This document shows positions 36,493 through 47,187 of a DNA stretch of 64,000 nucleotides, piece after piece; within the stretch, counting starts at the first letter, position 1; each line of letters begins with the position of its first letter. Source of the stretch: an uncultured Pseudomonadota bacterium (GTDB lineage Bacteria; Pseudomonadota; Alphaproteobacteria; Rs-D84); the NCBI GenBank assembly GCA_902788485.1, contig CADAKI010000002.1:25205-89204 (forward strand). Direction: 5' to 3'. A program made the translations under genes and the position numbers. The notes under the pieces are model-generated. The model was not told the DNA's origin, searched no databases, and worked only from the letters and a program-made list of their open reading frames with translations.

Positions 36493-36858
36493 ATGGCAGA
36501 CATTCAAAAATTAGTTGAAGAATTGTCAAAATTGACTGTTTTGGAAGCTGTTGAATTATCCAAAGCATTAGAAGAAACATGGGGCGTCAGTGCGGCTGCT
36601 GCGGTGGCTGTTGCTGCGGGTCCGGCTGCGGCTGCGGCGGAAGAAAAAACAGAATTTGATGTCGTATTGGCAGAAGCCGGTGCGAACAAATTGGCTGTTA
36701 TCAAGGCCGTCAAAGACATCACCGGTTTGGGATTGGGTGAAGCCAAAGCATTGGTTGAATCTGCGCCAAAAGCCGTGAAAGAAGGCGTTGCCAAAGAAGA
36801 AGCCGAAAAAATGAAGGCAACTTTGGAAGCCGCCGGCGCAAAAGTAGAAATGAAATAA
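36493..36858 (+). CDS. rplL: 50S ribosomal protein L7/L12
   Basis: Ala-rich hinge and the C-terminal domain [19 protein letters not shown]...[22 protein letters not shown]. Confidence 0.95.
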   Translation: MADIQKLVEELSKLTVLEAVELSKALEETWGVSAAAAVAVAAGPAAAAAEEKTEFDVVLAEAGANKLAVIKAVKDITGLGLGEAKALVESAPKAVKEGVAKEEAEKMKATLEAAGAKVEMK

Positions 36859-36871
36859 TTTCAAAACCGCT

Positions 36872-36924
36872 AATCGCACGGATTTGCGATTGGGTCCACC
36901 CCGCCGGGAAAAATCCCCGGCGGG
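36872..36924 (+). terminator. tandem hairpins at the rplL-rpoB junction (attenuator-like)
   Basis: A 7-bp AATCGCA/TGCGATT hairpin, then a 9-bp GC stem CCCGCCGGG-aaaaatc-CCCGGCGGG. No clean U-tract follows. This is the classic location of the rplL-rpoB attenuator. Confidence 0.4.
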
Positions 36925-36995
36925 TGTTGGGCAAAAAAACATATTACAAACAGTTTCGTTTGCAAAACGCATAATAAAATAAAGGATTTAAACCC

Positions 36996-39900
36996 ATGGC
37001 AGTCATCCAGAAATTTAGAAAATCTTTTGGCAAAAGTTTTTTGCAAACTCCACTTCCCGATTTGGTCGAAATTCAATATAATTCATACAAGGACTTTTTA
37101 CAGGCCGATGTTGACCCGCAAAAGCGCGAAAACAAGGGACTGCAAAGTGTTTTCTTGTCAATGTTTCCAATCAAAGATTATTCTGGTATCGCGGATTTGG
37201 AATTTGTCGAATATACACTGGAAAAACCTGTATACAATGTAAAAGAATGCATGTTGCGCAATATGACATATTCACGCAGATTAAAGGTGAAATTACGCCT
37301 GATTCTGTGGGATATTGCCGAAGACGGTAAAAAAACATTGCGTGATATCAAAGACCAAGAAATCTTTATGGGCGAAGTCCCATTGATGACTGAACGGGGC
37401 AGTTTTATCGCGGCCGGTGTGGAACGTGTTATCGTTTCCCAAATGCACCGTGCCCAAGGTGTCGTTTTTGCAACCACCAAAGAGGCGAAAATTGCCGGTA
37501 ATCCGACAACATATACCGCGCGTATTATCCCGGAACATGGGTCTTGGATTGATTTCGAAGAATCCAAAGGCGTGATTTACGTTCGTATTGACCGTCGTCG
37601 CAAGGTTCCGGCGACCGTATTGTTACGTTGCCTGCCATGCGCCGAAGATGAAAAGAAATGGGCGTCTGACCCGCGCAAACCGGGCATTCGCGGCATGTCT
37701 GATGTGGAAATATTGTCGGCATTTTATAAATCAATTCCGTTGTCTTTTGATGGCAAGGTTTGGGTTGGTGACACCGCCAGTTTCGATGGATTGGATAAAT
37801 ATCGCCTGAATTATGATTTACTGTCTGTCAAGGGTGACAAAGAATTGGCCAACAAAGGCGACCGCCTGACGGCAAAACGTTTGTCTAAATTGATGTCGTC
37901 TGCAAAACAATTCGGTATCAAACCGGAATCATTGGTTGGCGAATATTTGTTCGAACCAATAACATCTGCGGGCGAAGTGGTGTATCCATCGGGTACCGAA
38001 ATTACTGACGAAATTTTGTCTGATTTGGATAAAATGGGTGTCAAAAACATTTCCATCATCGCGATTGATAACACAACCGTGACGGCGCACATGCGCAATA
38101 CTTTGGCGGCGGATAAAATTACAAACCGTGACGATGCATTGATTGAAATTTATAATGTTATCAGACCTGGTGAACGTCCAACGGTCGAGGCCGCACTGAA
38201 TTTATTCCTGCGCCAGGGTTTTGATGCCGCATATTATGATTTGTCGGCGGTTGGTCGTTTCAAAATGAACAAACGTTTGAAAATTGATTCTGGCAAACGT
38301 CCCGAAGATGAACGTTTATTGACCAAGAACGATTTCTTGGCGGTGTTAAAAACATTGACCAACATTATCGACCACAAAGATACAATTGATGATATTGATA
38401 ATTTGTCTAACCGTCGTGTTCGTGCGGTTGGTGAATTGTTGGAACAAACTTTCCGTACGGGTATGTTGCGTATTGAACGTCTGGTTCGTGAAAGTTTGTC
38501 GTCCCCAAATATCGCAAATATGCAACCCCAAGATGTTATCAATGTTAAACCATTGATGTCATTGGTTGCAGAATTTTTGGGAACATCGCAATTATCACAA
38601 TTTATGGATGCGTATAATCCATTGGCGGAATTGGAACACAAACGTCGTATTTCGGCATTGGGGCCGGGCGGGTTAAACCGCGAACGTGCCGGCATTGATG
38701 TCCGCGACGTGCATCCGACACATTATGGTCGTTTGTGTCCAATTCACACACCCGAAGGTGCAAACATCGGTTTGATTAACCATTTGTCATCTTATGCGCG
38801 TGTAAACGAATATGGATTTATCACAACCCCATATTACGAGGTTAAAAATGGCAAGGTCACAGATAAAATCGTATATTTGACTGCTGACGAAGAAATGGGA
38901 CACAAAATTGCCCAGGGTAACACCCCGACAAACGCACGTGGTGAATTGACACCGGATGTTGTGACGGCACGTGTTGACGGCGAATTTACGATGGTTCCAA
39001 AATCTGAAATTGATTTAATCGACGTTGAACCGCGCCAGGTGGTGTCCATCGCAACAGGTTTGATACCGTTCGTTGAAAACGACGACGCGAACCGTGCATT
39101 GATGGGTTCAAACATGCAACGCCAGGGCGTTCCATTATTGCGTGTCCAGGCCCCATTGGTTGGTACCGGTATCGAACGCGAGGTTGCACGTGATTCCCGC
39201 ACCGGCAAGGTTGCAAAACACAGTGGTGTTGTGGAATCTGTGGATGCGAACCGTATTGTGGTTAAATGTATGAATTCCCGCAATGTTGTGACGGGTGTGG
39301 ATATTTATAACCTGGAAAAATTCGAACGTTCCAACAGTGAAACAATCGTTCATCAAAAACCATTGGTCCGTGTTGGCGACCGTATTTCTGCAGGCGACAT
39401 TATTGCCGACGGTTCTTCGATGAATTATGGTGAATTGGCGTTGGGTCGCAATGTGTTGGTTGCATTTGTGCCATGGCGCGGATACAACTATGAAGACGCG
39501 ATTGTTATTTCCGAACGCATTTCCCGCGAAGATGCATTTACATCGGTCAAGATTGTGGAAAAAGAATTCAAGGTTCGTGATACCCAACTGGGGCCAGAAA
39601 GTTTTACACGCGACATCCCAAATGTCAGTGAAGAAGCCGTGAAAAACCTGGACGAATCCGGTATCATTTATGTTGGCGCCCGCGTGAAACAGGGTGACAT
39701 TTTGGTTGGTCGTGTATCGCCAAAATCTGAAACATTATTGACACCCGAAGAGGCGTTATTGCGCAACATATTCGGTGAAAAGGCATTAAATGTCAAAGAT
39801 ACATCTTTGCGTGTTGGACCAAACGAAGAAGGAACGGTTATTGGTGTGAACGTTTTGACCCGTCATGGTGTCAAAAAAGACGAACGCACCCAAATGATTG

Positions 39901-41132
39901 AATTGGAAAAAATCGCAAAAATCAACCAAGACCGCAGCGAAGAAATCGCAATCATCGAAAAAGGTTTTGCTGACCAGATTTTCCAAATGGCGGAAAACGA
40001 AACAATCGAAAACGGTTCTGGTTCTTTGAAACCATTTATTGGTAAAAAATTAACTGCCGAGGTTTTTGAAGGTATCCGTGCATCGGACGTTAAAAAATTG
40101 GTCATCAAAAACAAAGAAATCCAGGCAAAAATCGCCGAATTGGTTGAACAACACAATATCAAATTGGCGGCATTGAACGAAAAAGCCGATGCCGAGGTTG
40201 CCAAAGTGACCGAAAGCAATTCTTTGAGTGCCGGCGTCTTGAAAGAGGTCAAGGTTTATATCGCGCACAAAATGAAATTGCAACCGGGTGATAAAATGGC
40301 GGGTCGTCACGGAAACAAGGGTATTGTATCCAAGGTTGTTCCAATCGAAGACATGCCATACATGGAAGATGGAACCCCGGTCGATATCGTTTTGAATCCA
40401 TTGGGTGTGCCATCGCGTATGAACATTGGTCAGATTTTGGAAACGCACCTTGGTATGGCGGCACGTTCTTTGGGTCAACAAATTGGCGCCGTTTTGGACG
40501 AGGTTAAACAAAAACGCGCCGTGACCGACGATTTGCGCAATATCATGGGCAAAATATACGGCAAAGAAGTATCTGAAAAATTAGAAAAAATGACAGATAC
40601 CGATGTTCGTGCCGAAGCTGCACTGTTGCGTGACGGTGTTCCAATGGCAACACCAACATTTGACGGTGCGAACCCGGATGATATTCGTGCGATGTTGAAA
40701 TTGGCGAAATTGCCTGAATCCGGTCAATTTACATTGTATGATGGTATGACGGGTGAAAAATTTGCTCGCCCGGTGACCGTTGGTGTTATGTACATGATGA
40801 AATTGCACCACTTTGTGGATGAAAAGATTCACGCACGTTCCGTGGGCAGTTATTCACTTGTCACACAACAACCATTGTCTGGTAAGGCCCACATGGGTGG
40901 TCAGCGTTTGGGTGAAATGGAGGTTTGGGCATTAGAGGCCCACGGTGCCGCACACTTGTTGCGCGAAATGTTGACGGTTAAATCCGACGATATTACCGGC
41001 CGTAACAAGATGTACGAGGCCATCATTTCCGGCAGTAATGATATCCAAACCGGCACGCCCGAAGCATTCAACGTGTTCGTTCGCGAATTGCGTGGATTGG
41101 GTCTGGCGATGACACCTAAAAAAGTAGATTAA
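36996..41132 (+). CDS. rpoB: DNA-directed RNA polymerase subunit beta
   Basis: 1378 aa; full set of conserved Rpb2 domains incl. the rifampicin cluster region. Confidence 0.98.
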   Translation: MAVIQKFRKSFGKSFLQTPLPDLVEIQYNSYKDFLQADVDPQKRENKGLQSVFLSMFPIKDYSGIADLEFVEYTLEKPVYNVKECMLRNMTYSRRLKVKLRLILWDIAEDGKKTLRDIKDQEIFMGEVPLMTERGSFIAAGVERVIVSQMHRAQGVVFATTKEAKIAGNPTTYTARIIPEHGSWIDFEESKGVIYVRIDRRRKVPATVLLRCLPCAEDEKKWASDPRKPGIRGMSDVEILSAFYKSIPLSFDGKVWVGDTASFDGLDKYRLNYDLLSVKGDKELANKGDRLTAKRLSKLMSSAKQFGIKPESLVGEYLFEPITSAGEVVYPSGTEITDEILSDLDKMGVKNISIIAIDNTTVTAHMRNTLAADKITNRDDALIEIYNVIRPGERPTVEAALNLFLRQGFDAAYYDLSAVGRFKMNKRLKIDSGKRPEDERLLTKNDFLAVLKTLTNIIDHKDTIDDIDNLSNRRVRAVGELLEQTFRTGMLRIERLVRESLSSPNIANMQPQDVINVKPLMSLVAEFLGTSQLSQFMDAYNPLAELEHKRRISALGPGGLNRERAGIDVRDVHPTHYGRLCPIHTPEGANIGLINHLSSYARVNEYGFITTPYYEVKNGKVTDKIVYLTADEEMGHKIAQGNTPTNARGELTPDVVTARVDGEFTMVPKSEIDLIDVEPRQVVSIATGLIPFVENDDANRALMGSNMQRQGVPLLRVQAPLVGTGIEREVARDSRTGKVAKHSGVVESVDANRIVVKCMNSRNVVTGVDIYNLEKFERSNSETIVHQKPLVRVGDRISAGDIIADGSSMNYGELALGRNVLVAFVPWRGYNYEDAIVISERISREDAFTSVKIVEKEFKVRDTQLGPESFTRDIPNVSEEAVKNLDESGIIYVGARVKQGDILVGRVSPKSETLLTPEEALLRNIFGEKALNVKDTSLRVGPNEEGTVIGVNVLTRHGVKKDERTQMIELEKIAKINQDRSEEIAIIEKGFADQIFQMAENETIENGSGSLKPFIGKKLTAEVFEGIRASDVKKLVIKNKEIQAKIAELVEQHNIKLAALNEKADAEVAKVTESNSLSAGVLKEVKVYIAHKMKLQPGDKMAGRHGNKGIVSKVVPIEDMPYMEDGTPVDIVLNPLGVPSRMNIGQILETHLGMAARSLGQQIGAVLDEVKQKRAVTDDLRNIMGKIYGKEVSEKLEKMTDTDVRAEAALLRDGVPMATPTFDGANPDDIRAMLKLAKLPESGQFTLYDGMTGEKFARPVTVGVMYMMKLHHFVDEKIHARSVGSYSLVTQQPLSGKAHMGGQRLGEMEVWALEAHGAAHLLREMLTVKSDDITGRNKMYEAIISGSNDIQTGTPEAFNVFVRELRGLGLAMTPKKVD

Positions 41133-41219
41133 ATATTGGGATGCGGCGCGGGGGTAATCGCTTTACCCCGGCCGTTTTCCCAAACAGCATCTTTAAAGCG
41201 ACTTAAAGGAGCAAAATAA

Positions 41220-44200
41220 ATGACAAATATGTTGCAAAAGATATTTGGACAAATCGAAACCAAAGAACAATTCGACGCATTGCGTATCACCATCGCAAGC
41301 CCAGAAGAAATTTTATCTTGGTCTCATGGCGAGGTTAAAAAACCTGAAACCATCAATTATCACTCTTTGAAACCAGAACCCGAAGGATTGTTTTGCCAAG
41401 AAATCTTTGGTCCGGTCAAAGATTATGAATGCGCGTGCGGTAAATATAAACGCATCAAAAATCGTGGTATTATTTGCGAAAAATGCCATGTCGAGGTTGG
41501 ACCGTCGTCCGTTCGTCGTGAACGTATGGGACACATCAAATTGGCGATGCCTGTGGCGCACACATGGTTCCTGCGCGAGGGTAAAATTGCCGTTTTGTTA
41601 AACAATTTACCACAAAAGAAGTTAGAGCAGGTCATTTCATACGATGCATACATTGTTATCGAACCAGGTTTAACCAATTTGAAAATGTATGATGTCATCA
41701 GTGAAGATGAATACCAGGCCAAGGTCGAAGAATTCGGCCCGGATGCGTTCCGTGTTGGCATCGGTGCCGAAGGCGTCCGCAGTATTATTGCAAACCTGGA
41801 TATGGGTGATGAACGCACACGTTTGCGCGCGGAATTGGCGGATACAAAATCCGAACAAAAACGCAAATTATTGATTAAACAGTTAAAATTGGTTGAATCT
41901 TTCTTGGATTCTAAAACCGAACCTGCATGGATGTTGCCGGACATTTTGCCGGTTATTCCACCAGATATGCGCCCTTTGGTCACATTGGATGCGGGACATG
42001 TTGCGGCATCTGATTTGAACGATTTGTATCGCCGTGTGATTATCCGTAACAACCGTTTGAAACGTTTTATGGAAATGCATGCACCGGACATCATTATTCG
42101 TAACGAAAAACGCATGTTGCAAGAGGCCGTAGATTCATTATTCGATAACGGACATAAAGCACGCCCGATGGTTTCGCAAAATCGTCGTCCGTTGAAATCT
42201 TTGTCTGATTCATTGCGTGGTAAATCGGGTCGTTTCCGTATGAACATGTTGGGTAAACGTGTGGATTATTCCGGTCGTTCGGTTATTACCCCGGGGCCAA
42301 CATTACGCATGCACCAGGTTGGTTTGCCGAAAACAATGGCATTGGAATTGTTCAAACCATTTGTGTTTGCGCGTTTGATGGCGGGTGGTTATGCAAATAC
42401 ATTGAAAACCGCGCGTAAAATGGTTGAAAACGGCGAAGATATCGTTTGGGAAATTTTGGAAAAGGTTATCTATCAACACCCCGTGTTGTTAAACCGTGCG
42501 CCATCTTTGCACAGATTGTCGCTGATTGCGTTTGAACCGGTTTTAATCGAGGGCAAGGCAATCCGTTTGCACCCATTGGTCTGCAAGGGATTCAATGCTG
42601 ACTTTGACGGTGACCAGATGTCCGTTCACGTTCCAATTTCACTCGAGGCACAATTAGAGGCCCGCACATTGATGTTATCTACAAACAATGTGTTGTCACC
42701 TGCGAACGGTGAACCAATGACGGTTCCGTCCCAAGACATGGTGTTGGGTATTTACTATATCTCGTTGATAAACGGTGAACATGACCCGAAAAAATCTCCG
42801 CGTTTCTCTGGCATGGACGAGGTTCAGTTGGCATTGGAAAACCATGTTATTACATTACATACGCCAATTTATGCGCGTATCAATGGTAAAACATACGCCA
42901 CAACCGCGGGCCGTATGATTTTGGGTGAATTATTGCCGAAATCTGACAAAATGCCGTTTGATTTGGTCAACCGTGTTATGCCCAAGGGTGCGATTGAAAA
43001 ATTATTGGCAACCGCATATGAAAACTGTGGCGACAAGGCAATGATTTTATTGGCGGACGCGTTGAAAGACACCGGTTTCGAACAGGCCGCACGCAGTGGT
43101 ATTTCCATCGGTTTCAACGACATTGTTATTCCAGAAGAAAAGAAAACAATGATTGCCGATGCAAAACATGCCGCCGAAGAAATCGAAGAACAATATCAAA
43201 ACGGTCTGTTGTCTGGTGGTGAACGTCATAACAAACTGATTGACCTGTGGCAGAAAACAACCGACAAATTGGGTAATTTGGCATTTGCTGCGCTGGGTAA
43301 ATCCGACGGTGACAATTGGAATTCAATCTATATGATGGCTGATTCCAAGGCCCGTGGTTCCAAGGGTCAGATTCAACAGTTAGCGGGTATGCGTGGTATG
43401 ATGCAGAAACCTGACGGTTCTATTATCGAGGTTCCAATTATCTCGAACTTCAAAGAAGGTCTGACCATGTCCGAATACTTTACATCCACCCACGGTGCGC
43501 GCAAGGGTATGTCGGATACGGCGTTGAAAACTGCGTCGGCCGGATATTTGACCCGTCGTTTGGTTGAATTGGCGCAAAATACGGTTATCACCGAACACGA
43601 TTGCGGCACATCGGAATTTATCACCGCAAAACCCGTGTACCAGGGTTCGACATTGGTTGTGCCATTGGGCGATGTGGTTTTGGGGCGTACGGCGGCACAC
43701 GATATCGTCAATCCTATGACCAAAGAAGTTATTGTCCCGGCGGGCGAATTGATTACGAAATCTGCGTCGAAAATCATCAACGACAGTGGTCTGCCGTCTG
43801 TTGATGTGCGTTCTGTTTTGACATGCCAAAGTGACGGTCTGTGCGCGAAATGTTATGGTATGGATTTGTCGCGCAACGCGTTGGTGCACGTTGGCGAACC
43901 GGTTGGTGTGATTGCGGGTCAATCCATTGGTGAACCGGGAACCCAGTTGACATTGCGTACCTTCCACATTGGTGGTATTGCCGAAGGTGGTGCCGAAAGC
44001 CACTTTATCGAAATGCCGGTTGCGGGTCGCATCAAATTGATTGGTGTGAACACGATTACAAACGCGGCGGGCCGTGTGGTTGTGTTGTCACGCAACGGCG
44101 AAATCGCGGTTGTTGATGACAAAGACAACAAATTGTTCAGTTGTGCATTACCATACGCGTCGAAATTGATTGTGGCAGAGGGCGACATGGTCGAAAAGGG

Positions 44201-45332
44201 TGCCAAGGTTGCCGAATGGGATCCGTATTCTAACGATATTATCGCGGAAAAAGACGGAACCGTGTGCTTTAACGATTTGGTCGAAAATGTTTCGTTCCAA
44301 GAAGAAGTTGACGGCACAACCGGTATCACATCGCGCAAGGTTATAAATTGGAAAAACACAACGAAAAAGGCATTAAACCCATCAATCACATTGGTTGATG
44401 ACCATGGCGAGGTTATATCACTTGGCGGTAAAAAGGTTGCCCAGTATATGTTGCCGGTGTATTCGGTGTTAAATGTTGCGAACGGTGACCATGTTGCCGC
44501 GGGTGACATTTTGGCGCGTATCCCGGTCCAGGCGAAAAAGACGGGCGATATTACCGGTGGTTTGCCGCGCGTCGAAGAATTGTTAGAGGTGCGTCGTCCA
44601 TCCAACCCGGCATTATTGGCCGAGGTTGACGGCACAATCGAATTAGAAGATGCGAAATCTAAAATCATCATCCGCATTGAACCGACCGATGGCACCGCGC
44701 CGGTGGAATACGCCGTACCAAAGGGAACAAACCTGTTGGTGCGCAGTGGCGATGTCGTGAAAAAGGCGGAAAAATTGGTTGATGGCGAACCGGTCCCCCA
44801 AGATATCTTGCGTATTTTGGGACAAAAGGCATTGGCGACATTTATGGTTGACCAAGTGCAACAGGTTTATCGCCTGCAGGGTGTGACTATCAACGACAAA
44901 CATATTGAAATTTTGATTCGCGAAATGACGCGTCGTGTTGAAATTGCAAACCCGGGTGACACTGGATTCTTGATGGGTTCGGTTGTTGACCGTGTTGATT
45001 TCGAAGAAGAAAACGCCCGTGTTGTGCGCGACGGCGGCCGCCCGGCCGAGGCCTCTCAGGTCTTGGTTGGTTTGACCCGTGCGTCATTGACATCGCGTTC
45101 GTTCATTTCAAATGCATCGTTCCAACAAACAACCAAGGTTTTGGTGGATGCCGCTATCAATGGTTCGACCGATAAATTGGTTGGTATCAACGAAAACTTG
45201 ATTGTTGGCCGTCTGATTCCAATTGGCACCGGCGCGTATGTCCGCCGTGTCCGTGAAATCGCCCGCGAAGAAGAACGCGCGGAAAAAATTGCACGCGAGG
45301 GTGGCGAACACCAACAATTGTTGGATATCTAG
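41220..45332 (+). CDS. rpoC: DNA-directed RNA polymerase subunit beta'
   Basis: 1370 aa; zinc-binding Cys cluster near the N-terminus and the NADFDGD catalytic motif. Confidence 0.98.
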   Translation: MTNMLQKIFGQIETKEQFDALRITIASPEEILSWSHGEVKKPETINYHSLKPEPEGLFCQEIFGPVKDYECACGKYKRIKNRGIICEKCHVEVGPSSVRRERMGHIKLAMPVAHTWFLREGKIAVLLNNLPQKKLEQVISYDAYIVIEPGLTNLKMYDVISEDEYQAKVEEFGPDAFRVGIGAEGVRSIIANLDMGDERTRLRAELADTKSEQKRKLLIKQLKLVESFLDSKTEPAWMLPDILPVIPPDMRPLVTLDAGHVAASDLNDLYRRVIIRNNRLKRFMEMHAPDIIIRNEKRMLQEAVDSLFDNGHKARPMVSQNRRPLKSLSDSLRGKSGRFRMNMLGKRVDYSGRSVITPGPTLRMHQVGLPKTMALELFKPFVFARLMAGGYANTLKTARKMVENGEDIVWEILEKVIYQHPVLLNRAPSLHRLSLIAFEPVLIEGKAIRLHPLVCKGFNADFDGDQMSVHVPISLEAQLEARTLMLSTNNVLSPANGEPMTVPSQDMVLGIYYISLINGEHDPKKSPRFSGMDEVQLALENHVITLHTPIYARINGKTYATTAGRMILGELLPKSDKMPFDLVNRVMPKGAIEKLLATAYENCGDKAMILLADALKDTGFEQAARSGISIGFNDIVIPEEKKTMIADAKHAAEEIEEQYQNGLLSGGERHNKLIDLWQKTTDKLGNLAFAALGKSDGDNWNSIYMMADSKARGSKGQIQQLAGMRGMMQKPDGSIIEVPIISNFKEGLTMSEYFTSTHGARKGMSDTALKTASAGYLTRRLVELAQNTVITEHDCGTSEFITAKPVYQGSTLVVPLGDVVLGRTAAHDIVNPMTKEVIVPAGELITKSASKIINDSGLPSVDVRSVLTCQSDGLCAKCYGMDLSRNALVHVGEPVGVIAGQSIGEPGTQLTLRTFHIGGIAEGGAESHFIEMPVAGRIKLIGVNTITNAAGRVVVLSRNGEIAVVDDKDNKLFSCALPYASKLIVAEGDMVEKGAKVAEWDPYSNDIIAEKDGTVCFNDLVENVSFQEEVDGTTGITSRKVINWKNTTKKALNPSITLVDDHGEVISLGGKKVAQYMLPVYSVLNVANGDHVAAGDILARIPVQAKKTGDITGGLPRVEELLEVRRPSNPALLAEVDGTIELEDAKSKIIIRIEPTDGTAPVEYAVPKGTNLLVRSGDVVKKAEKLVDGEPVPQDILRILGQKALATFMVDQVQQVYRLQGVTINDKHIEILIREMTRRVEIANPGDTGFLMGSVVDRVDFEEENARVVRDGGRPAEASQVLVGLTRASLTSRSFISNASFQQTTKVLVDAAINGSTDKLVGINENLIVGRLIPIGTGAYVRRVREIAREEERAEKIAREGGEHQQLLDI

Positions 45333-45335
45333 TTC

Positions 45336-45399
45336 CCCTCCCTCGGAGGGGAGGGCCGGCGCCAGCCGGAGGGGTGGTTTCTCCCTCGGAGGGAAACCG
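45336..45399. repeat. GC-rich triple-hairpin element containing two copies of the palindrome CTCCCTCGGAGGGA, immediately after rpoC
   Basis: Hairpin 1 CCCTCCC-tcggag-GGGAGGG. Hairpin 2 CCGGC-gcca-GCCGG. Hairpin 3 GGTTTCTC-cctcgga-GGGAAACC. The region is GC-rich (mostly G/C runs) in an AT-rich genome, and no T-tract follows. Confidence 0.6.
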
Positions 45400-45472
45400 C
45401 CCGAAAAATCCCTTGCAAAAATGGAATTATGAATTAAAATATACCGAACAAAAAAATAAAAAGGATTATAAA

Positions 45473-45622
45473 ATGGCAACGCCCAGAAGTAAAACCAGCA
45501 AAGCACGCAGTGCGCAACGTCAATCACATGATGCATTAACCGTGATGCCATGTGGTGTTTGCAAATCTTGTGGTGAAAAAAAACGTCCACATCATATTTG
45601 TCCTGCATGCGGTGCGAAATAA
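45473..45622 (+). CDS. rpmF: 50S ribosomal protein L32
   Basis: MATPRSKTSKARSAQRQSHDAL plus the CxxC...CxxC zinc ribbon. The conserved rpmF-plsX order holds. The track ORF is N-terminally over-extended. Confidence 0.85.
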   Translation: MATPRSKTSKARSAQRQSHDALTVMPCGVCKSCGEKKRPHHICPACGAK

Positions 45623-45708
45623 TAAATAAAAAAATAAATATGGCAGATTTGGCGGTCCTGTGTCATAATGGGGGTGTCAAATCTGTTTTTTTATAAAAGG
45701 CATAAATC

Positions 45709-46755
45709 ATGACCAAGGTTATTTCCATTGATGCATTCGGCGGCGACAAAGGGCCAAAAGTTGTTTTGGGCGGAATAAACCAATTTTTATACCAAAATGG
45801 CGAGGGTTCAGTCCATTTCCGCATATTTGGCAAGCAGGCGGTTTTGAACAAATTGCTGGCGAAATTTCCGCGCGTTATGCGTAATTGCACGGTGATTGAT
45901 GCCCCCGATGTTATTCGTGGTACGGACAAAATTCGCGATGTTATCCGCCACGCCGACGGGACATCGATGTTCATGGCAATCAAAGATGTGCGCGCCGGCA
46001 ACGCATCCGCGGTGGTCAGTGCGGGCAACACCGGGGTTTTAATGTCGTTGTCTAAATTGGCATTAAAAACGATTGACGGCATATCGCGCCCGGCGATAAC
46101 AACAATGTTGCCATCGGGCGGCGGTGATTCCCGCGTGGTGGTGTTGGATTTGGGTGCAAATGTTCAATGTGACGCGCAAAATTTATTTGACTTTGCGATA
46201 TTGGGTTCTGTGTATGCGGAAACGATTGGGCACATGTCGCGCCCGCGTGTTGGCATTTTAAATATTGGCACCGAAGAAACCAAGGGCAACGAAACCCTGC
46301 AAGAATTAAACCGCGTGTTGACCGAACATCGCGATGAATTGCCGTATGAATATATCGGCTTTGTCGAACCAACCGACATCAGTGCCGGCCGGGTCCAGGT
46401 TGTCGTCACCGACGGCTTTACAGGCAATATTGTTCTAAAAACGGTCGAGGGTACCGCAAAATTGATAAAACGCGTTATCATGGAAAATTTCAAGAAATCC
46501 GTGCTGGCGATAATTGGTGGATTTTTCTTGGTTCACGTATTCAAACGGTTAAAGCATAAAATTGACCCGCGTTCATATGCCGGCGCGACATTTTTGGGAT
46601 TAAATGGGTTTTCGGTTAAAACCCACGGAAACAGTGACGCATTGGCATTTTCAAATGCAATCAAATATGCGGTGGATTTATCAAATGCCGATTTTAATGG
46701 CGCAATCCGTGAACGTGTTGCGGCGGTTGCGCGCATTCGTGATAAATTGGTGTAA
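45709..46755 (+). CDS. plsX: phosphate acyltransferase PlsX
   Basis: PlsX family: N-terminal IxIDAxGGD and a GNTGV-type motif; 348 aa. Confidence 0.9.
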   Translation: MTKVISIDAFGGDKGPKVVLGGINQFLYQNGEGSVHFRIFGKQAVLNKLLAKFPRVMRNCTVIDAPDVIRGTDKIRDVIRHADGTSMFMAIKDVRAGNASAVVSAGNTGVLMSLSKLALKTIDGISRPAITTMLPSGGGDSRVVVLDLGANVQCDAQNLFDFAILGSVYAETIGHMSRPRVGILNIGTEETKGNETLQELNRVLTEHRDELPYEYIGFVEPTDISAGRVQVVVTDGFTGNIVLKTVEGTAKLIKRVIMENFKKSVLAIIGGFFLVHVFKRLKHKIDPRSYAGATFLGLNGFSVKTHGNSDALAFSNAIKYAVDLSNADFNGAIRERVAAVARIRDKLV

Positions 46756-46758
46756 AAA

Positions 46759-46780
46759 ACCGGCGACGCCGGTTTTTTTA
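46759..46780 (+). terminator. rho-independent terminator after plsX (ACCGGCG-a-CGCCGGT + T7)
   Basis: GC stem plus a T-run. Confidence 0.65.
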
Positions 46781-46858
46781 TTTAGTTTTTGTTTCCTGGG
46801 GGGACAATCCGATACACAATATTTGGTTGGTGATTTATAATAAAACCATACAACCAAA

Positions 46859-47105
46859 GGAACGAGCTATGGAAAAAATGAAAAAAAATCCCCCCAAAAA
46901 AATTTCAAAAAGTACATCTGTCAAAAAATTAGATGCTAAAAAAATGGTTAAAAAACCGGCGCGTTCAAAACGTGTTAAACCAAATCCAAACCATTGGATA
47001 GAATCTCGCGCCCGTTTGGTAAAAATATTAGAGGCATCCGGTTTTGTGCCCGAACAATGCGCAGTAATGATAACGCATCGTAAAAAAGACGCGCGTTCTA
47101 TATAA
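46859..47105 (+). CDS. Lys-rich small hypothetical protein
   Basis: AAAGGAA RBS 6 nt before the ATG. Basic N-terminal half (KKNPPKKISKSTSVKKLDAKKMVKKPARSKRVK). The track ORF begins at 46827. Confidence 0.35.
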
Positions 47106-47116
47106 ATTTTGTGTAA

Positions 47117-47160
47117 ACAACAAAAAAACCGCCGGCAATTACTTGACGGCGGTTCCTCCT
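47117..47160 (-). terminator. terminator for the minus-strand gene at 47188-47520 (ACCGCCG-loop-CGGCGGT then a T-run on the minus strand)
   Basis: 7-bp GC stem with a 12-nt loop. On the minus strand TTTTTTTGTTGTTT follows it. Confidence 0.4.
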
Positions 47161-47187
47161 CTCCTTCCGGTATAATCCGGAAACTGT

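Noticed and set aside
37027-45093. Dozens of 60-270 aa ORFs on both strands inside rpoB and rpoC (e.g. 41423-42247 -, 43919-44695 -, 43380-44003 -)
   Set aside because: They lie entirely within, antisense to or out of frame with two highly conserved long genes. They have no RBS and no recognisable motifs. They are typical shadow ORFs of long coding regions.
45223-45432. 69-aa ORF spanning the GC-rich palindromes after rpoC
   Set aside because: The reading frame exists only because the GC-rich hairpin region lacks stop codons. Its N-terminus lies inside rpoC and it has no RBS.
45472-45477. Extended 82-aa version of the rpmF ORF (45374-45622)
   Set aside because: The upstream extension lacks an RBS and is not conserved in L32. 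The ATG at 45473 with an AAGGA RBS gives a canonical 49-aa L32.
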